Notes: generated by a model not told the origin, from the sequence alone. A DNA stretch of 64,000 nt from Clostridiales bacterium (GCA_015055535.1 SVIA01000003.1:16098-80097); one strand, 5' to 3'; positions 47,948-57,880 are shown, counted from the stretch's first letter. Numbers and translations are program-made.

Positions 47948-49234
47948 ATGATAGATATTGAAATAATTAGGACAAACCCAGAAGTTGTTAAAGAAAATAT
48001 TAAAAAGAAATTTCAAAATGAAAAACTTCCTTTAGTTGATGAAGTAGTACAGCTAGATAAGCAAAATCGTGCCTTAAAACAAAAAGGTGATGATTTAAGA
48101 AGCCAAAGAAAGTCTAAAAGCACTGAAATTGGTAACTTTATGAAAAATAAAGAAATAGAAAAAGCAAATTTATTAAAACAAGAAGTAGCTAAAATAAATC
48201 TTGAAATAGAAAATGTTGAAAAAGAACAATTAGAAATTGATGAAAAAATTAAAAAAATAATGATGGTTATTCCTAACATTATTGATAGTAGCATTCCTGT
48301 TGGTAAAGATGATAGTGAAAATGTAGAAAATGAAAAATTTGGAGAAAATAAAGTTCCAAGTTTTGAAATTCCTTATCATGCTGATATTTTATATTCTTTA
48401 GGCGGTCTTGATAAAGATAGCGCTGGAAAAACAAGCGGAAATGGATTTTATTATTTAATGGGAAATCCAGCTCGTTTAGTTACAGCTATGATAAACTATG
48501 CTAGAGATTATATGATTAATAAGAACTTTATTTATGCAATTCCTCCATTTATGATTAGAAGTGATGTTGTTAATGGAGTAATGAGTTTTTCTGAAATGAA
48601 TGCAATGATGTATAAAATTGAAGGAGAAGATTTATATTTAATAGGAACTAGCGAACATAGTATGATTGGAAAATTTAAAGATACTATTTTAAAACCTCAA
48701 GAATTACCTATTACAATGACATCTTATAGTCCTTGTTTTAGAAAAGAAGTAGGTGCTCATGGTTTAGAAGAAAGGGGAATATATAGAGTTCATCAGTTTG
48801 AAAAACAAGAAATGATTGTTATTTGTAATCCTGAAGATAGTATGAATTGGTATAATAAAATGTGGCAATATACTGTTGAAATTTTTAGAAATTTAAATAT
48901 TCCGGTAAGAACTTTAGAGTGTTGTAGTGGAGATTTGGCTGATTTAAAAGTTAAAAGTTGCGATGTTGAAGCCTGGAGTCCAAGACAACAAAAATATTTT
49001 GAAGTTGCATCTTGTTCTAATTTATCTGATGCGCAATCACGTCGTCTTGGAATTAGGGTTAAAGGTGAAAAAGGAAATTATTATCCACATACTTTAAATA
49101 ATACAGTTTTAGCTTCAACAAGAGCTTTAATAGCATTTTTAGAAAACAATTTAAATGAAGATGGTTCAGTATATATTCCTGAAGCATTAAGACCTTATAT
49201 GGGTAATTTGGAAAAATTAGAAAAGGTTAAATAA
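47948..49234 (+). CDS. serS: Seryl-tRNA synthetase
   Basis: Coiled-coil N-terminus, class II motifs (FRKEVGAHG...RVHQFEKQE..., ...NNTVLASTRAL). Confidence 0.96.
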   Translation: MIDIEIIRTNPEVVKENIKKKFQNEKLPLVDEVVQLDKQNRALKQKGDDLRSQRKSKSTEIGNFMKNKEIEKANLLKQEVAKINLEIENVEKEQLEIDEKIKKIMMVIPNIIDSSIPVGKDDSENVENEKFGENKVPSFEIPYHADILYSLGGLDKDSAGKTSGNGFYYLMGNPARLVTAMINYARDYMINKNFIYAIPPFMIRSDVVNGVMSFSEMNAMMYKIEGEDLYLIGTSEHSMIGKFKDTILKPQELPITMTSYSPCFRKEVGAHGLEERGIYRVHQFEKQEMIVICNPEDSMNWYNKMWQYTVEIFRNLNIPVRTLECCSGDLADLKVKSCDVEAWSPRQQKYFEVASCSNLSDAQSRRLGIRVKGEKGNYYPHTLNNTVLASTRALIAFLENNLNEDGSVYIPEALRPYMGNLEKLEKVK

Positions 49235-50161
49235 ATGGATTTAGAGACTAAATTATTAATTGATGAATTTGTACTTAATGATGAAGATTTTAATGAAAAA
49301 TTTCCTTTAGTTTTAGAAAAACTAAATAATTTTTTGATTGAATTTTTAAATAAAATAATTGAAAAAACTAATTATACAGTAGGTTTTAACTTAAATTTGA
49401 TAGGCGATTATTCATTAAATAGTAATTATATGGATTATAGTTCTGTAAATATTATGATAGAATATAATACAAAAGAAGATGATTATAAATATAGTGAAAC
49501 AAGAGCAAATAAAGGGTCAATAACAAAATTAACTTCAGATGTTTTTAATCTAAATAAAACAATTGTGCCAACAATTTCTGAGTTATCTAAATTATTGCAT
49601 GATGAGTTAACAATAAAATTGAAAAATTCTAAAACCTATTTAAGAAAAAACTGTATTGCATTAAAATTATTAAATTATTCTTTTTTCATCTTTTTTGTAA
49701 ATTCTAATTTTAATAAAGAAGATTATAATTTTGTTATAAAAAGTAAAGATTATAGTTTAAATTTTGAAAAACTTACAAAAAATTTATTGCAAAAAAATGA
49801 ACAAACCAATGGTAAATTCTTTAATGTTATTAAATTTTTTAAAATTACAGAATTAGAATTGATGCTAATTAGAAAACTTAAGTCTAAATGCAGTAATATT
49901 TTGTATTTTTATGAAAATTTACTATATAATGTACCCAATGAATTATTTGATAATGATCATATCATTGATAGTTTTATATTGGTATTTAGTTATTTATTAA
50001 ATTCTAATGTTTATGAGTTAAAAACAGCTGATGATAAATTGCTTATTAATGATAAATATCGTTTAAAAGTAAAACCAGCAATAACAACAATAGATATTGA
50101 CAACTTTTTTACTAATTGTAAAACTTTTATTAATAATTTAGATAAAATTTTAAATGGTTAA
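49235..50161 (+). CDS. Hypothetical 308-aa protein abutting the serS stop
   Basis: ATG immediately follows the serS TAA. No clear motif. Faint resemblance to a nucleotidyltransferase-fold layout (LIGDYSLNS...SSVNIMIEY...KFFNVIKFFK) with the catalytic acidic residues not conserved. Confidence 0.45.
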   Translation: MDLETKLLIDEFVLNDEDFNEKFPLVLEKLNNFLIEFLNKIIEKTNYTVGFNLNLIGDYSLNSNYMDYSSVNIMIEYNTKEDDYKYSETRANKGSITKLTSDVFNLNKTIVPTISELSKLLHDELTIKLKNSKTYLRKNCIALKLLNYSFFIFFVNSNFNKEDYNFVIKSKDYSLNFEKLTKNLLQKNEQTNGKFFNVIKFFKITELELMLIRKLKSKCSNILYFYENLLYNVPNELFDNDHIIDSFILVFSYLLNSNVYELKTADDKLLINDKYRLKVKPAITTIDIDNFFTNCKTFINNLDKILNG

Positions 50162-50296
50162 ATAATACTATGCAACTTTTAAAATAAATTTTTTATATAT
50201 AAACTTAATAAATATTAACTTATAATAAATATTATTTGTTTATTAAAAAACATAAAAATTAATCAAATAATTGAAAAACGATTTAAATATGTACCA

Positions 50297-50338
50297 ATCT
50301 ATTCGCAAAATCTGTATTTTGCGAATAGATTTTTATTT
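50297..50338 (+). terminator. Strong rho-independent terminator
   Basis: Perfect 15-bp stem ATCTATTCGCAAAAT-CTGT-ATTTTGCGAATAGAT followed by TTTTATTT. Confidence 0.8.
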
Positions 50339-50454
50339 CAAACTTTTTTATTTTCTTTACTCTACTCTTTTATAAAATTTATATTAAATTAAAAAACACA
50401 CAAAATAAAGTTCTTTAAATTGTGTGTTAAACATTTAAATTATAAAATTTTTGA

Positions 50455-51135
50455 TTATTCTGTGAGTAGATTTAATAAAAATCCACACTGTTTTAATTTA
50501 GTTTGTAAAGTTTTATATTTTGGTAATACTCTTGCTAATTCTAAATAAAAGTTTTTGCTATGGTTCATTTCAACTAAATGTGTAATTTCATGAACTATTA
50601 CGTAATCTATTAAATCATGAGATAAAAATAATAGTTTATAATTTAAAAAAATATTTTTATTACTATCACACATTCCCCATTTTGCCTTGCTGTTTATAAT
50701 AGATAGGCTTTTTACGCTTAAATTCATATGTTTTAAAAGATCATTAGCTCGTTTTATTAATATTGTTTCGGCATTTTTTATATACCATTGTTTTAAGTTT
50801 AGTATTAACCTATTTGTTGAAAAACCCATTTTACTAGGCAAACATAAAGCATTTTCAGTAAGTATTATTTCCTTATTATTTTTTACATAAACAACGGGAT
50901 ATTTCTTTCCTAGAAACAAAACTTCTTCATAGTTTATTAAATTACTATTTAGTGTTAATGTAGACTTTATTTGAGTTTGTTTTGCTATAATCCACTTTTC
51001 TTTTTCACTAATAAACTTAAATATTTTTTCTAAACTCATATTTTTTGGAGCAAGCACAATTAACTTTCCTGTTTTATCTATTTTAAGTGCTAAACTCTTT
51101 CTATTACTTAAAATTACTTTATCTGGTTTAATCAT
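50455..51135 (-). CDS. YgjP-like (DUF45/M48-type) zinc metallohydrolase
   Basis: WGMC...HEITHLVEMNHSKNF (HExxH) near the C-terminus, 226 aa. Confidence 0.75.
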   Translation of the reverse strand: MIKPDKVILSNRKSLALKIDKTGKLIVLAPKNMSLEKIFKFISEKEKWIIAKQTQIKSTLTLNSNLINYEEVLFLGKKYPVVYVKNNKEIILTENALCLPSKMGFSTNRLILNLKQWYIKNAETILIKRANDLLKHMNLSVKSLSIINSKAKWGMCDSNKNIFLNYKLLFLSHDLIDYVIVHEITHLVEMNHSKNFYLELARVLPKYKTLQTKLKQCGFLLNLLTE

Positions 51136-51177
51136 ATTACAATTTTAACACATTTTTAATAAAAATTAAAATAAATT

Positions 51178-51237
51178 ATATACTATGCAAAAAAATGCAT
51201 AGTATATATTGACAAAATTTTTATAATTATTTATAAT
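51178..51237 (+). promoter_or_regulatory. Perfect 12-N6-12 inverted repeat abutting a consensus promoter (putative PadR auto-operator)
   Basis: ATATACTATGCA (51178-89), AAAAAA, TGCATAGTATAT (51196-207). Then TTGACA (51209-14), 17 nt, TATAAT (51232-37). Confidence 0.6.
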
Positions 51238-51257
51238 AATTATAATAAGGAGTACAA

Positions 51258-53273
51258 ATGAAAAGTAGTATTGCAAGTGGCGAAAGTCGTGGAAGTGTTC
51301 CAAATATTTTATTAAAAGCCCTTCAAAGTGGTGATAAATATGGTTATGAAATAAATAAAGAAATAGAAATAAAAAGCAAGGGACGATACTTTTTGAAAGA
51401 AGCTAGTTTATATAGTGGTTTAAAAAGATTAGAAGCTGCTGGTTTTATTACGTCTTATTGGAAAGATGGCGAACTTGGAATGAGAAGACATTACTACTCT
51501 ATTACTGAGGCTGGTTTAGAAAAATTAAAAAACAGTAATTTTACTTGGGATGATTCTAAAACATTTATGATTGAAATTTTTAATGATTATAAAACTAAAA
51601 ATAATTATAATCAAAATATTGCTAGTATAAATAATTTAGAAAACTCTGAACAAGTTAGTAATATTAATATAAATCAAGATAATAATATACAAAAACAACA
51701 AGAAATAATTTTAAATGAGAATATTAATAATAATTCAGAAAATATAATCGATGAACAAAAGAATAATAAGCCTGAAGTTAAGAAAAATCCATTTCAAATT
51801 GAAGTAAGTCCTAATCAACAAAGTATTTTTGATATGAATTTTTCTAGCTTTACTGTTCAAGATGCTAATACTGTTAATACTTTAGAAAATAATGAAAAAA
51901 TTGAAGAAATAGCTGAAGAAAAACAAAGTGAACAATTTGAAAAAATAGAAGAAACTAATAATGAAATTAAAATAAAAGAAGACTTTCTTACTGAAAAAGA
52001 ATTATCTGTTGAAAATGAAAAGACTGTTGAAGATAATAAAGAAGAAAATTTATTTAATAAATTGTTAGAAAATGTTAATGAAACAGAAACCGAGCAAGAA
52101 GATAAAAATAATAAAATTACTTCTAAAATTAATTATGAACAAAGTATACTTAATTACTCACCTTCTTCTTATTCTGAAAATATTAAAAATGTAAACGAAA
52201 AAATTGATATTTCTAAATATTTAAACCAAAATAAAGAAAATGATTCAAACATTATTTTGAATAAAGCAGAACAAAATAATATAGCGAAAACTGCTATTAA
52301 TGAGGAAAAAGAGGAAAAATTAGAATTACAAAATTTTAATTATTCAAATAATGATAGTCTTTTGAAAAAAAATGTTAATACTGAAACAAAATTTGATGAA
52401 AAAGAAGAACTAAATATAAATGTTCAAGAAAATAAAAAAGCAGAACAAAATGGAGTTAATTTAAAAAATATTTTCGGAAATTTATTAGTTGAAGATAATA
52501 TTGAAGAAAAAATTGATGAAATTGAAGTTTCTATTGAAAAGGAAGAAACTGTTGAAAAAATTGAAAAGCCTGCTCTTCCTAGAATAAATGTTGACAATGA
52601 TATAAACATAATGTTTAATTCAAATCAAATAAAACCAAAAACTAATATCAGAACATATAATAATGATATTGAAATAAAAAGTGGAACAAACACTGTTCCA
52701 AATGTTAAACAATATATAAATAATGTACATAAAAAGACTTTAATTTCAAGGGCAACAAAAATTGAAGAAGAAGTTAATTTAGAAGGAATTAATATTAGAG
52801 AATATAAAAAAATTAATAATAAGCCAATAAAAAATTCAAACTATGTTTATACAAACAAATTAAATTTATTTTTAGCTATTTTATTTGCTGGTATTATTAT
52901 TACCGAATGTATAATATCGTTTGTAGTGCTAAATAGTAATAAAGCTTTAGGTATTTTTGAAATTGTTTTATTTTCAGTTTTAATTTTATTATCTTTAGTA
53001 GCTACTTACCTATTTGCGCTTGCGTATGTAAAAGATAAATTTAAGGTTGAGCTTAAAAACTATAATTTTAAAAGTAGTTTATTTTATTTATCTTTAATTT
53101 TTATTGTTGTTAGTATAATTCTTGCTTGTATTAACATATTTAACGGTATGAATGCTTTAAACTCTAGTTACTTTATTGTTAAATTGGTTTTAGAAATTTT
53201 AATTGCATTTAATTTGGTGTTATTACCTATTATTAAACAATTGTTTTATAAATTAAAAATGTTTTCTAATTAA
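51258..53273 (+). CDS. Membrane-anchored PadR-family transcriptional regulator (PadR wHTH, ~400-aa N/E/K-rich linker, 4 C-terminal TM helices)
   Basis: N-terminus ...LLKALQSGDKYGYEINKEI...SLYSGLKRLEAAGFITSYW...RRHYYSITEAG is the PadR signature. The C-terminal 130 aa contain four hydrophobic helices. Confidence 0.75.
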   Translation: MKSSIASGESRGSVPNILLKALQSGDKYGYEINKEIEIKSKGRYFLKEASLYSGLKRLEAAGFITSYWKDGELGMRRHYYSITEAGLEKLKNSNFTWDDSKTFMIEIFNDYKTKNNYNQNIASINNLENSEQVSNININQDNNIQKQQEIILNENINNNSENIIDEQKNNKPEVKKNPFQIEVSPNQQSIFDMNFSSFTVQDANTVNTLENNEKIEEIAEEKQSEQFEKIEETNNEIKIKEDFLTEKELSVENEKTVEDNKEENLFNKLLENVNETETEQEDKNNKITSKINYEQSILNYSPSSYSENIKNVNEKIDISKYLNQNKENDSNIILNKAEQNNIAKTAINEEKEEKLELQNFNYSNNDSLLKKNVNTETKFDEKEELNINVQENKKAEQNGVNLKNIFGNLLVEDNIEEKIDEIEVSIEKEETVEKIEKPALPRINVDNDINIMFNSNQIKPKTNIRTYNNDIEIKSGTNTVPNVKQYINNVHKKTLISRATKIEEEVNLEGINIREYKKINNKPIKNSNYVYTNKLNLFLAILFAGIIITECIISFVVLNSNKALGIFEIVLFSVLILLSLVATYLFALAYVKDKFKVELKNYNFKSSLFYLSLIFIVVSIILACINIFNGMNALNSSYFIVKLVLEILIAFNLVLLPIIKQLFYKLKMFSN

Positions 53274-53335
53274 AAATTAGATATTTACAAAAATATTATT
53301 GTGTGTTATAATAAATGAACTTTGGGGGATAAATT

Positions 53336-54283
53336 TTGGAAAATAGAAAAGAAAATGTTGTTTTAAGTGTTCAAGGAGTTACTAAAATTTATGGCGAAAG
53401 AGCTGCTGTAAATAATGTTTCTTTTGATATAAAAAGAGGCGAAATATATGGCTTAATAGGTCAAAATGGCGCTGGTAAAACAACTATTATTAAAATTATT
53501 ACAGGACTTGCTAAAGCTACAAGCGGCTCAGTTTATGTGTGTGGATATAATATTGAAAATGATTTTGAAAAAGCAGTTAAAAATATTGGTGGAATTATTG
53601 AAAATCCAGAACTTTATGGCTATATGAGTGGATTAGATAATTTAAAATATTATGCTTCTTTGTATAAAAATGTAACTCGTGATCAAATTGATCAAATAGT
53701 TGCTTTTGTTGGCATGGAAAATCGTATTAGAGATAAAGTAAGAACTTACTCTCTTGGTATGAAACAAAGAGTTGGTATAGCGCAAGCTTTAATACATAAT
53801 CCAAAACTATTAATTTTAGATGAGCCAACAAATGGTTTAGATCCAAATGGAATTAAAGAAATGAGAACTTTTTTAAGAAAACTTGCTAAAGAAAAAGGTA
53901 TTTCAATTTTAATTTCAAGCCATATTTTATCTGAAATGGAATTAATTTGTGATAGAATTGGTATTATTGATAATGGATTAATTGTAGAAAATAAAACAAT
54001 GGAAGAATTGCAACAAGGGATAAACTCTAGTGTTAAAGTATCTATTAAAGTGGACTTCCCTAATTATGCTGGTAAAATACTTTTAGATAAATATAATAAT
54101 TCTTCGGTTTTCTGTGCTGGAAATCGTGTTGTTATTGAAACAACAAATGAAGAAATACCAAATATTACTTCTCTACTTACTCAAAAAGGTGTTTCAATAT
54201 ATGGAATTAATACTATTTATCGTAGTTTAGAAGATATTTACTTAGATATAGTAAATAAAGGAAAAGAACAAAAAATATTATAA
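53336..54283 (+). CDS. ABC transporter ATP-binding protein
   Basis: Walker A GQNGAGKTT, signature YSLGMKQR, Walker B LLILDEPTNGLD. TTG start after GGGGGA. Confidence 0.9.
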   Translation: MENRKENVVLSVQGVTKIYGERAAVNNVSFDIKRGEIYGLIGQNGAGKTTIIKIITGLAKATSGSVYVCGYNIENDFEKAVKNIGGIIENPELYGYMSGLDNLKYYASLYKNVTRDQIDQIVAFVGMENRIRDKVRTYSLGMKQRVGIAQALIHNPKLLILDEPTNGLDPNGIKEMRTFLRKLAKEKGISILISSHILSEMELICDRIGIIDNGLIVENKTMEELQQGINSSVKVSIKVDFPNYAGKILLDKYNNSSVFCAGNRVVIETTNEEIPNITSLLTQKGVSIYGINTIYRSLEDIYLDIVNKGKEQKIL

Positions 54284-54293
54284 GGAAAAGTTT

Positions 54294-56048
54294 ATGGGAA
54301 TTTTTAAATTAACAAAAGGCGAATTAAAGAAAATATTTTTAAAACCAGGTATATTTGTTGTTACTGCTGTGCTTGTACTAGTATTAGCTGTGTCATCTTT
54401 AATTTTTAATGTAAATAAAAGAGATGATGTTTTGGCTAGTGTTAAGGGTGAAACAATTGGACAAATGTATTCGGCAAGCTTTGGGGCTTCATCTGATACA
54501 AACTATTTATCTAAAGTATATTTAAATGCTAGATATATTGAAGCTTCAAATACAATTATTGAATTTTATGCTGCAGAACTTGAAAACACTACTAGTAGTA
54601 AAAAAGTTCAACTGCAAGAAAAAATTTCTGAAATTAGGGCTGATTTTGCCATACTTAGAAGTTGGGCTGGAGGATCTAATACCGTTTTAGATAAAGATAA
54701 AGAAGATCAAAGAAATTTAGTAAAACAAGGTTTAACTGAATTTAATTCACTATTTAGTGAATCTGTTAATGGGTTTAATGGCTTTAATTACTTTTTAATT
54801 AATAAAAACCAAAAAGCTGAATATGATGTATTTATTTCTTCTGTATTAACTCAACCATTTATTGCTAATAACACTTATCTTGCAACAGTTAATAAGCTAG
54901 AAGAATTAGATGCTTTTAATCAACTAACTCATTATGTAGATGAATTAAAAGTCTTCTTACCTACAAGCGAAACATTAGAATTTGCAAGAGAAAATTTAAC
55001 AAAATCTCAAGAAAATTTATCTCTTATTGAAACTGAAATTGAAGAATTTAGAGTAAATAATTCAAGTGATAAAACATTAGAAAAGAAAAAAGAGTTTAAT
55101 GTGTTAGTTACTCGTTATCAACAAGCATCAATCAATACTTATAATCTTACTCGTTTAACTATTAATTCTTCTGCTTTAAATGCTTATGATGATGTTGAAA
55201 TACAAAATTTCTATCAATTTGCAGCTGAAAAATATAATACAAAATATTCAATTAATGAACAAAAAAATATATATAAATTTTATTTAGACACTAATAAATA
55301 TGCTTTTGAATACGCTGCCCCATTAAGTTTAAGTACTGCTAGTAATTTAGAGCCCAATGTTTACGATTTTATGTATTTTGCATTAGAATTATGTAGTTTT
55401 ATTATTATAATTTATGTTGTATTTTTAGGTGCTACAATGATTGCTGGTGAATATGCTAGTGGAACCATGAAACTCTTAGCTATTAGACCATATTCAAGAG
55501 GTAAAATTTTATTTAGTAAACTTTTATCAACAATTCTAGTTGGAGGAATTTTCTTATTAATAACATTTATAGTAACTTATATTACTGGTGGCATTTTATT
55601 TGGATTAGATAGTTTAAATATGCTTTTAGTATTTAATTCAAATTTAGTTTTATCAGTTCATCCCCTTGTTTTAATAATAATATTATTCTTATGTAAAATA
55701 GTTGAAATAATATTCTATGCGATACTTTCCCTTTCAATTTCAACACTATTCAAATCTCATTCAGGAAGTATTGTAATTGCAATGTTAATTTATTTTGCTT
55801 CATTTATTTTAACTATGTTTACTTCAAGTTTGGGTATATTTAGCTATCTTCCGTTTGTAAATACAAACCTATTTGGTTATTTTGGCTCTCATGTTATGAC
55901 TGGTTCAAATAATATTATAGCGAATGTATTTAGCAAAGTTTTGGCTAATAATATGAATTTCTATACTTCATTTATAATTATTGCTTTATTCTCAATGCTT
56001 TTATACACTATTACATTAATTGTATTTAAAAAGAGAGATATTAAATAA
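54294..56048 (+). CDS. ABC-2-type permease with a large (~330 aa) extracytoplasmic domain
   Basis: N-terminal TM, long soluble region, five C-terminal TM helices. Immediately follows the ATPase. Confidence 0.6.
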   Translation: MGIFKLTKGELKKIFLKPGIFVVTAVLVLVLAVSSLIFNVNKRDDVLASVKGETIGQMYSASFGASSDTNYLSKVYLNARYIEASNTIIEFYAAELENTTSSKKVQLQEKISEIRADFAILRSWAGGSNTVLDKDKEDQRNLVKQGLTEFNSLFSESVNGFNGFNYFLINKNQKAEYDVFISSVLTQPFIANNTYLATVNKLEELDAFNQLTHYVDELKVFLPTSETLEFARENLTKSQENLSLIETEIEEFRVNNSSDKTLEKKKEFNVLVTRYQQASINTYNLTRLTINSSALNAYDDVEIQNFYQFAAEKYNTKYSINEQKNIYKFYLDTNKYAFEYAAPLSLSTASNLEPNVYDFMYFALELCSFIIIIYVVFLGATMIAGEYASGTMKLLAIRPYSRGKILFSKLLSTILVGGIFLLITFIVTYITGGILFGLDSLNMLLVFNSNLVLSVHPLVLIIILFLCKIVEIIFYAILSLSISTLFKSHSGSIVIAMLIYFASFILTMFTSSLGIFSYLPFVNTNLFGYFGSHVMTGSNNIIANVFSKVLANNMNFYTSFIIIALFSMLLYTITLIVFKKRDIK

Positions 56049-56050
56049 CA

Positions 56051-56085
56051 AAAAAACACATTAGCTTTAACTAATGTGTTTTTTG
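56051..56085. terminator. Bidirectional terminator between convergent genes
   Basis: AACACATTAG-CTTTAA-CTAATGTGTT flanked by an A-run and a T-run. Confidence 0.75.
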
Positions 56086-56093
56086 TATTTAAA

Positions 56094-57311
56094 TTATAAT
56101 TTATAACCATTTTCTTCCAAAAGATTTTGTGCGCTTTCAACTGAGTCTACACCGGTTTTATTTTTAACAGGAGCAAATTCTTTTTTTCTTTCAACTTCAA
56201 AAGGTAAACAAGAATTACAATATTCTATCATATCTACACAAAGCATTTCAAATTTGTGTGCATTTGGCTCGCTAGGTTTTACTAAAACTCCATCATCATT
56301 TATATACTCTACTTTTTTCGTTACAATATGAACTGGTAATTTATTATCTTTAATTTTATATAAAGTATCTACATTAAATAGATAATTTAATACAACGCCA
56401 AAATTATATACTCTTTCTCCATTTTCATCGGTTTCTACTGCCATTTCATTGGTTAAATCTATATATTCAACAATTGAAGGCTTACCATTTTTATTACACA
56501 TTACACCAACTTTTTCAAAAGGATCTACTTTTCTAATAACTTTAGAGCTAACTTCAAAATTTCCATTAATAGTCGCGCCAACAAATATAGGATCAGCTAT
56601 TTTTTGTAGTACATTATCAACACTAAAAACATTTAACCATTTTATATTATATTTTTCAAGCATTTCTTTTGCTTCAATATTATTTAATAAAGAGTTAAAC
56701 CATCCACCATTTCCATTTGGAGAGGTAGCTATTCTATCTTTGCTTTCTAAAAGAATTTTTCCTTTTAAATCTACACAAGGAGCCATTTCTTGAACAAAGA
56801 ATTTAACAAAGTTTTTATCATAACCAAAATAGTTTTTTCCTTCCAAAAATTCGGTAGTTACTTTATGGTTTTTCTCGCTTGTCATAATAAAGAAAGGTAT
56901 ATATTTTCCGCATTTTTTAACAACATCTAAAAGATTTTCAAATAATCTTTGAAAAATAAACACATCTTTAGTTTTTCCAATATTATACATACCCTTAGGG
57001 TTATCAGAACCAAGTCTAGTACCCATTCCACCAGCAAGAAGTAATGTTCCAACTTCATAATTTTGTAAAGCTTTTATGCCAATTTCTTCATATTTTGATT
57101 TATTTTTTTCAATTTCATTAATAGTCATTGCTTTAATGGGAGTAATTTTGCCTTTATCAATAGTTTGATTATTTTTTAATTCATCAAGATAAGAAAAATC
57201 AAGTTCGTTAATTTGATTATATAATTTTTCTTTTTGTTCTTTTTTTAATTCATCTTCAAACTTTAATAATTGTTCTTGACTATACTTTTTAATTTTTTCT
57301 TTTACTTTCAT
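56094..57311 (-). CDS. UDPGP-family (UAP1-like, eukaryotic-type) UDP-sugar / UDP-GlcNAc pyrophosphorylase
   Basis: LLAGGMGTRLGSDNPKGM nucleotide-binding loop, SPNGNGG, 405 aa. Confidence 0.72.
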   Translation of the reverse strand: MKVKEKIKKYSQEQLLKFEDELKKEQKEKLYNQINELDFSYLDELKNNQTIDKGKITPIKAMTINEIEKNKSKYEEIGIKALQNYEVGTLLLAGGMGTRLGSDNPKGMYNIGKTKDVFIFQRLFENLLDVVKKCGKYIPFFIMTSEKNHKVTTEFLEGKNYFGYDKNFVKFFVQEMAPCVDLKGKILLESKDRIATSPNGNGGWFNSLLNNIEAKEMLEKYNIKWLNVFSVDNVLQKIADPIFVGATINGNFEVSSKVIRKVDPFEKVGVMCNKNGKPSIVEYIDLTNEMAVETDENGERVYNFGVVLNYLFNVDTLYKIKDNKLPVHIVTKKVEYINDDGVLVKPSEPNAHKFEMLCVDMIEYCNSCLPFEVERKKEFAPVKNKTGVDSVESAQNLLEENGYKL

Positions 57312-57376
57312 ATTTTTCTCCTAATTTTTTATAACATAATAATAAATAATGTGAATTTTTTTATTTAAATTTTAAT

Positions 57377-57826
57377 TTATATTTTTTTAAATAAATAAGC
57401 ACTCCAAAAATTCATATTTAATTTTTCTATATAAAAAGATAATAATTTTTGATAATCTTTAGAAACTGCGTTTAGTTGTATTGTTTTACAACCCTTTTCT
57501 TTTGCATAATTTTCAGCAAATTCAAAAAGTTTTTGTCCGATATTTAAATTTCTATATTCAGGAATTACAAAAATCTCTTCTAAACTATAGAATTTATCAT
57601 CTTTATTAGAAAAAGCACGTTTTTTTGTTTCTATATTTATTTCGCCATAACAATATCCTATTATTTTGTTATTTAACAAGGCTATAATAATATTTTTATT
57701 TTCAAAATGTTCTTTGTTATCAGCTACAATACCATTGCAAGAACCCTCTTCAAAAAACAATTGGCTAAGTTTTGCTAATTCTTCACTGTCGCTTTTTTTG
57801 GCAAATTTAATTTTTATTTTATTCAT
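57377..57826 (-). CDS. GNAT-family N-acetyltransferase
   Basis: 149 aa, acetyl-CoA motif region VIPEYRNLNIGQKLFEFAENYAKEKG. Confidence 0.8.
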   Translation of the reverse strand: MNKIKIKFAKKSDSEELAKLSQLFFEEGSCNGIVADNKEHFENKNIIIALLNNKIIGYCYGEINIETKKRAFSNKDDKFYSLEEIFVIPEYRNLNIGQKLFEFAENYAKEKGCKTIQLNAVSKDYQKLLSFYIEKLNMNFWSAYLFKKI

Positions 57827-57880
57827 ATTTTTATATTAACATATTTTTTAATAAAAGTAAATTTAATTTATATTTAAAAT

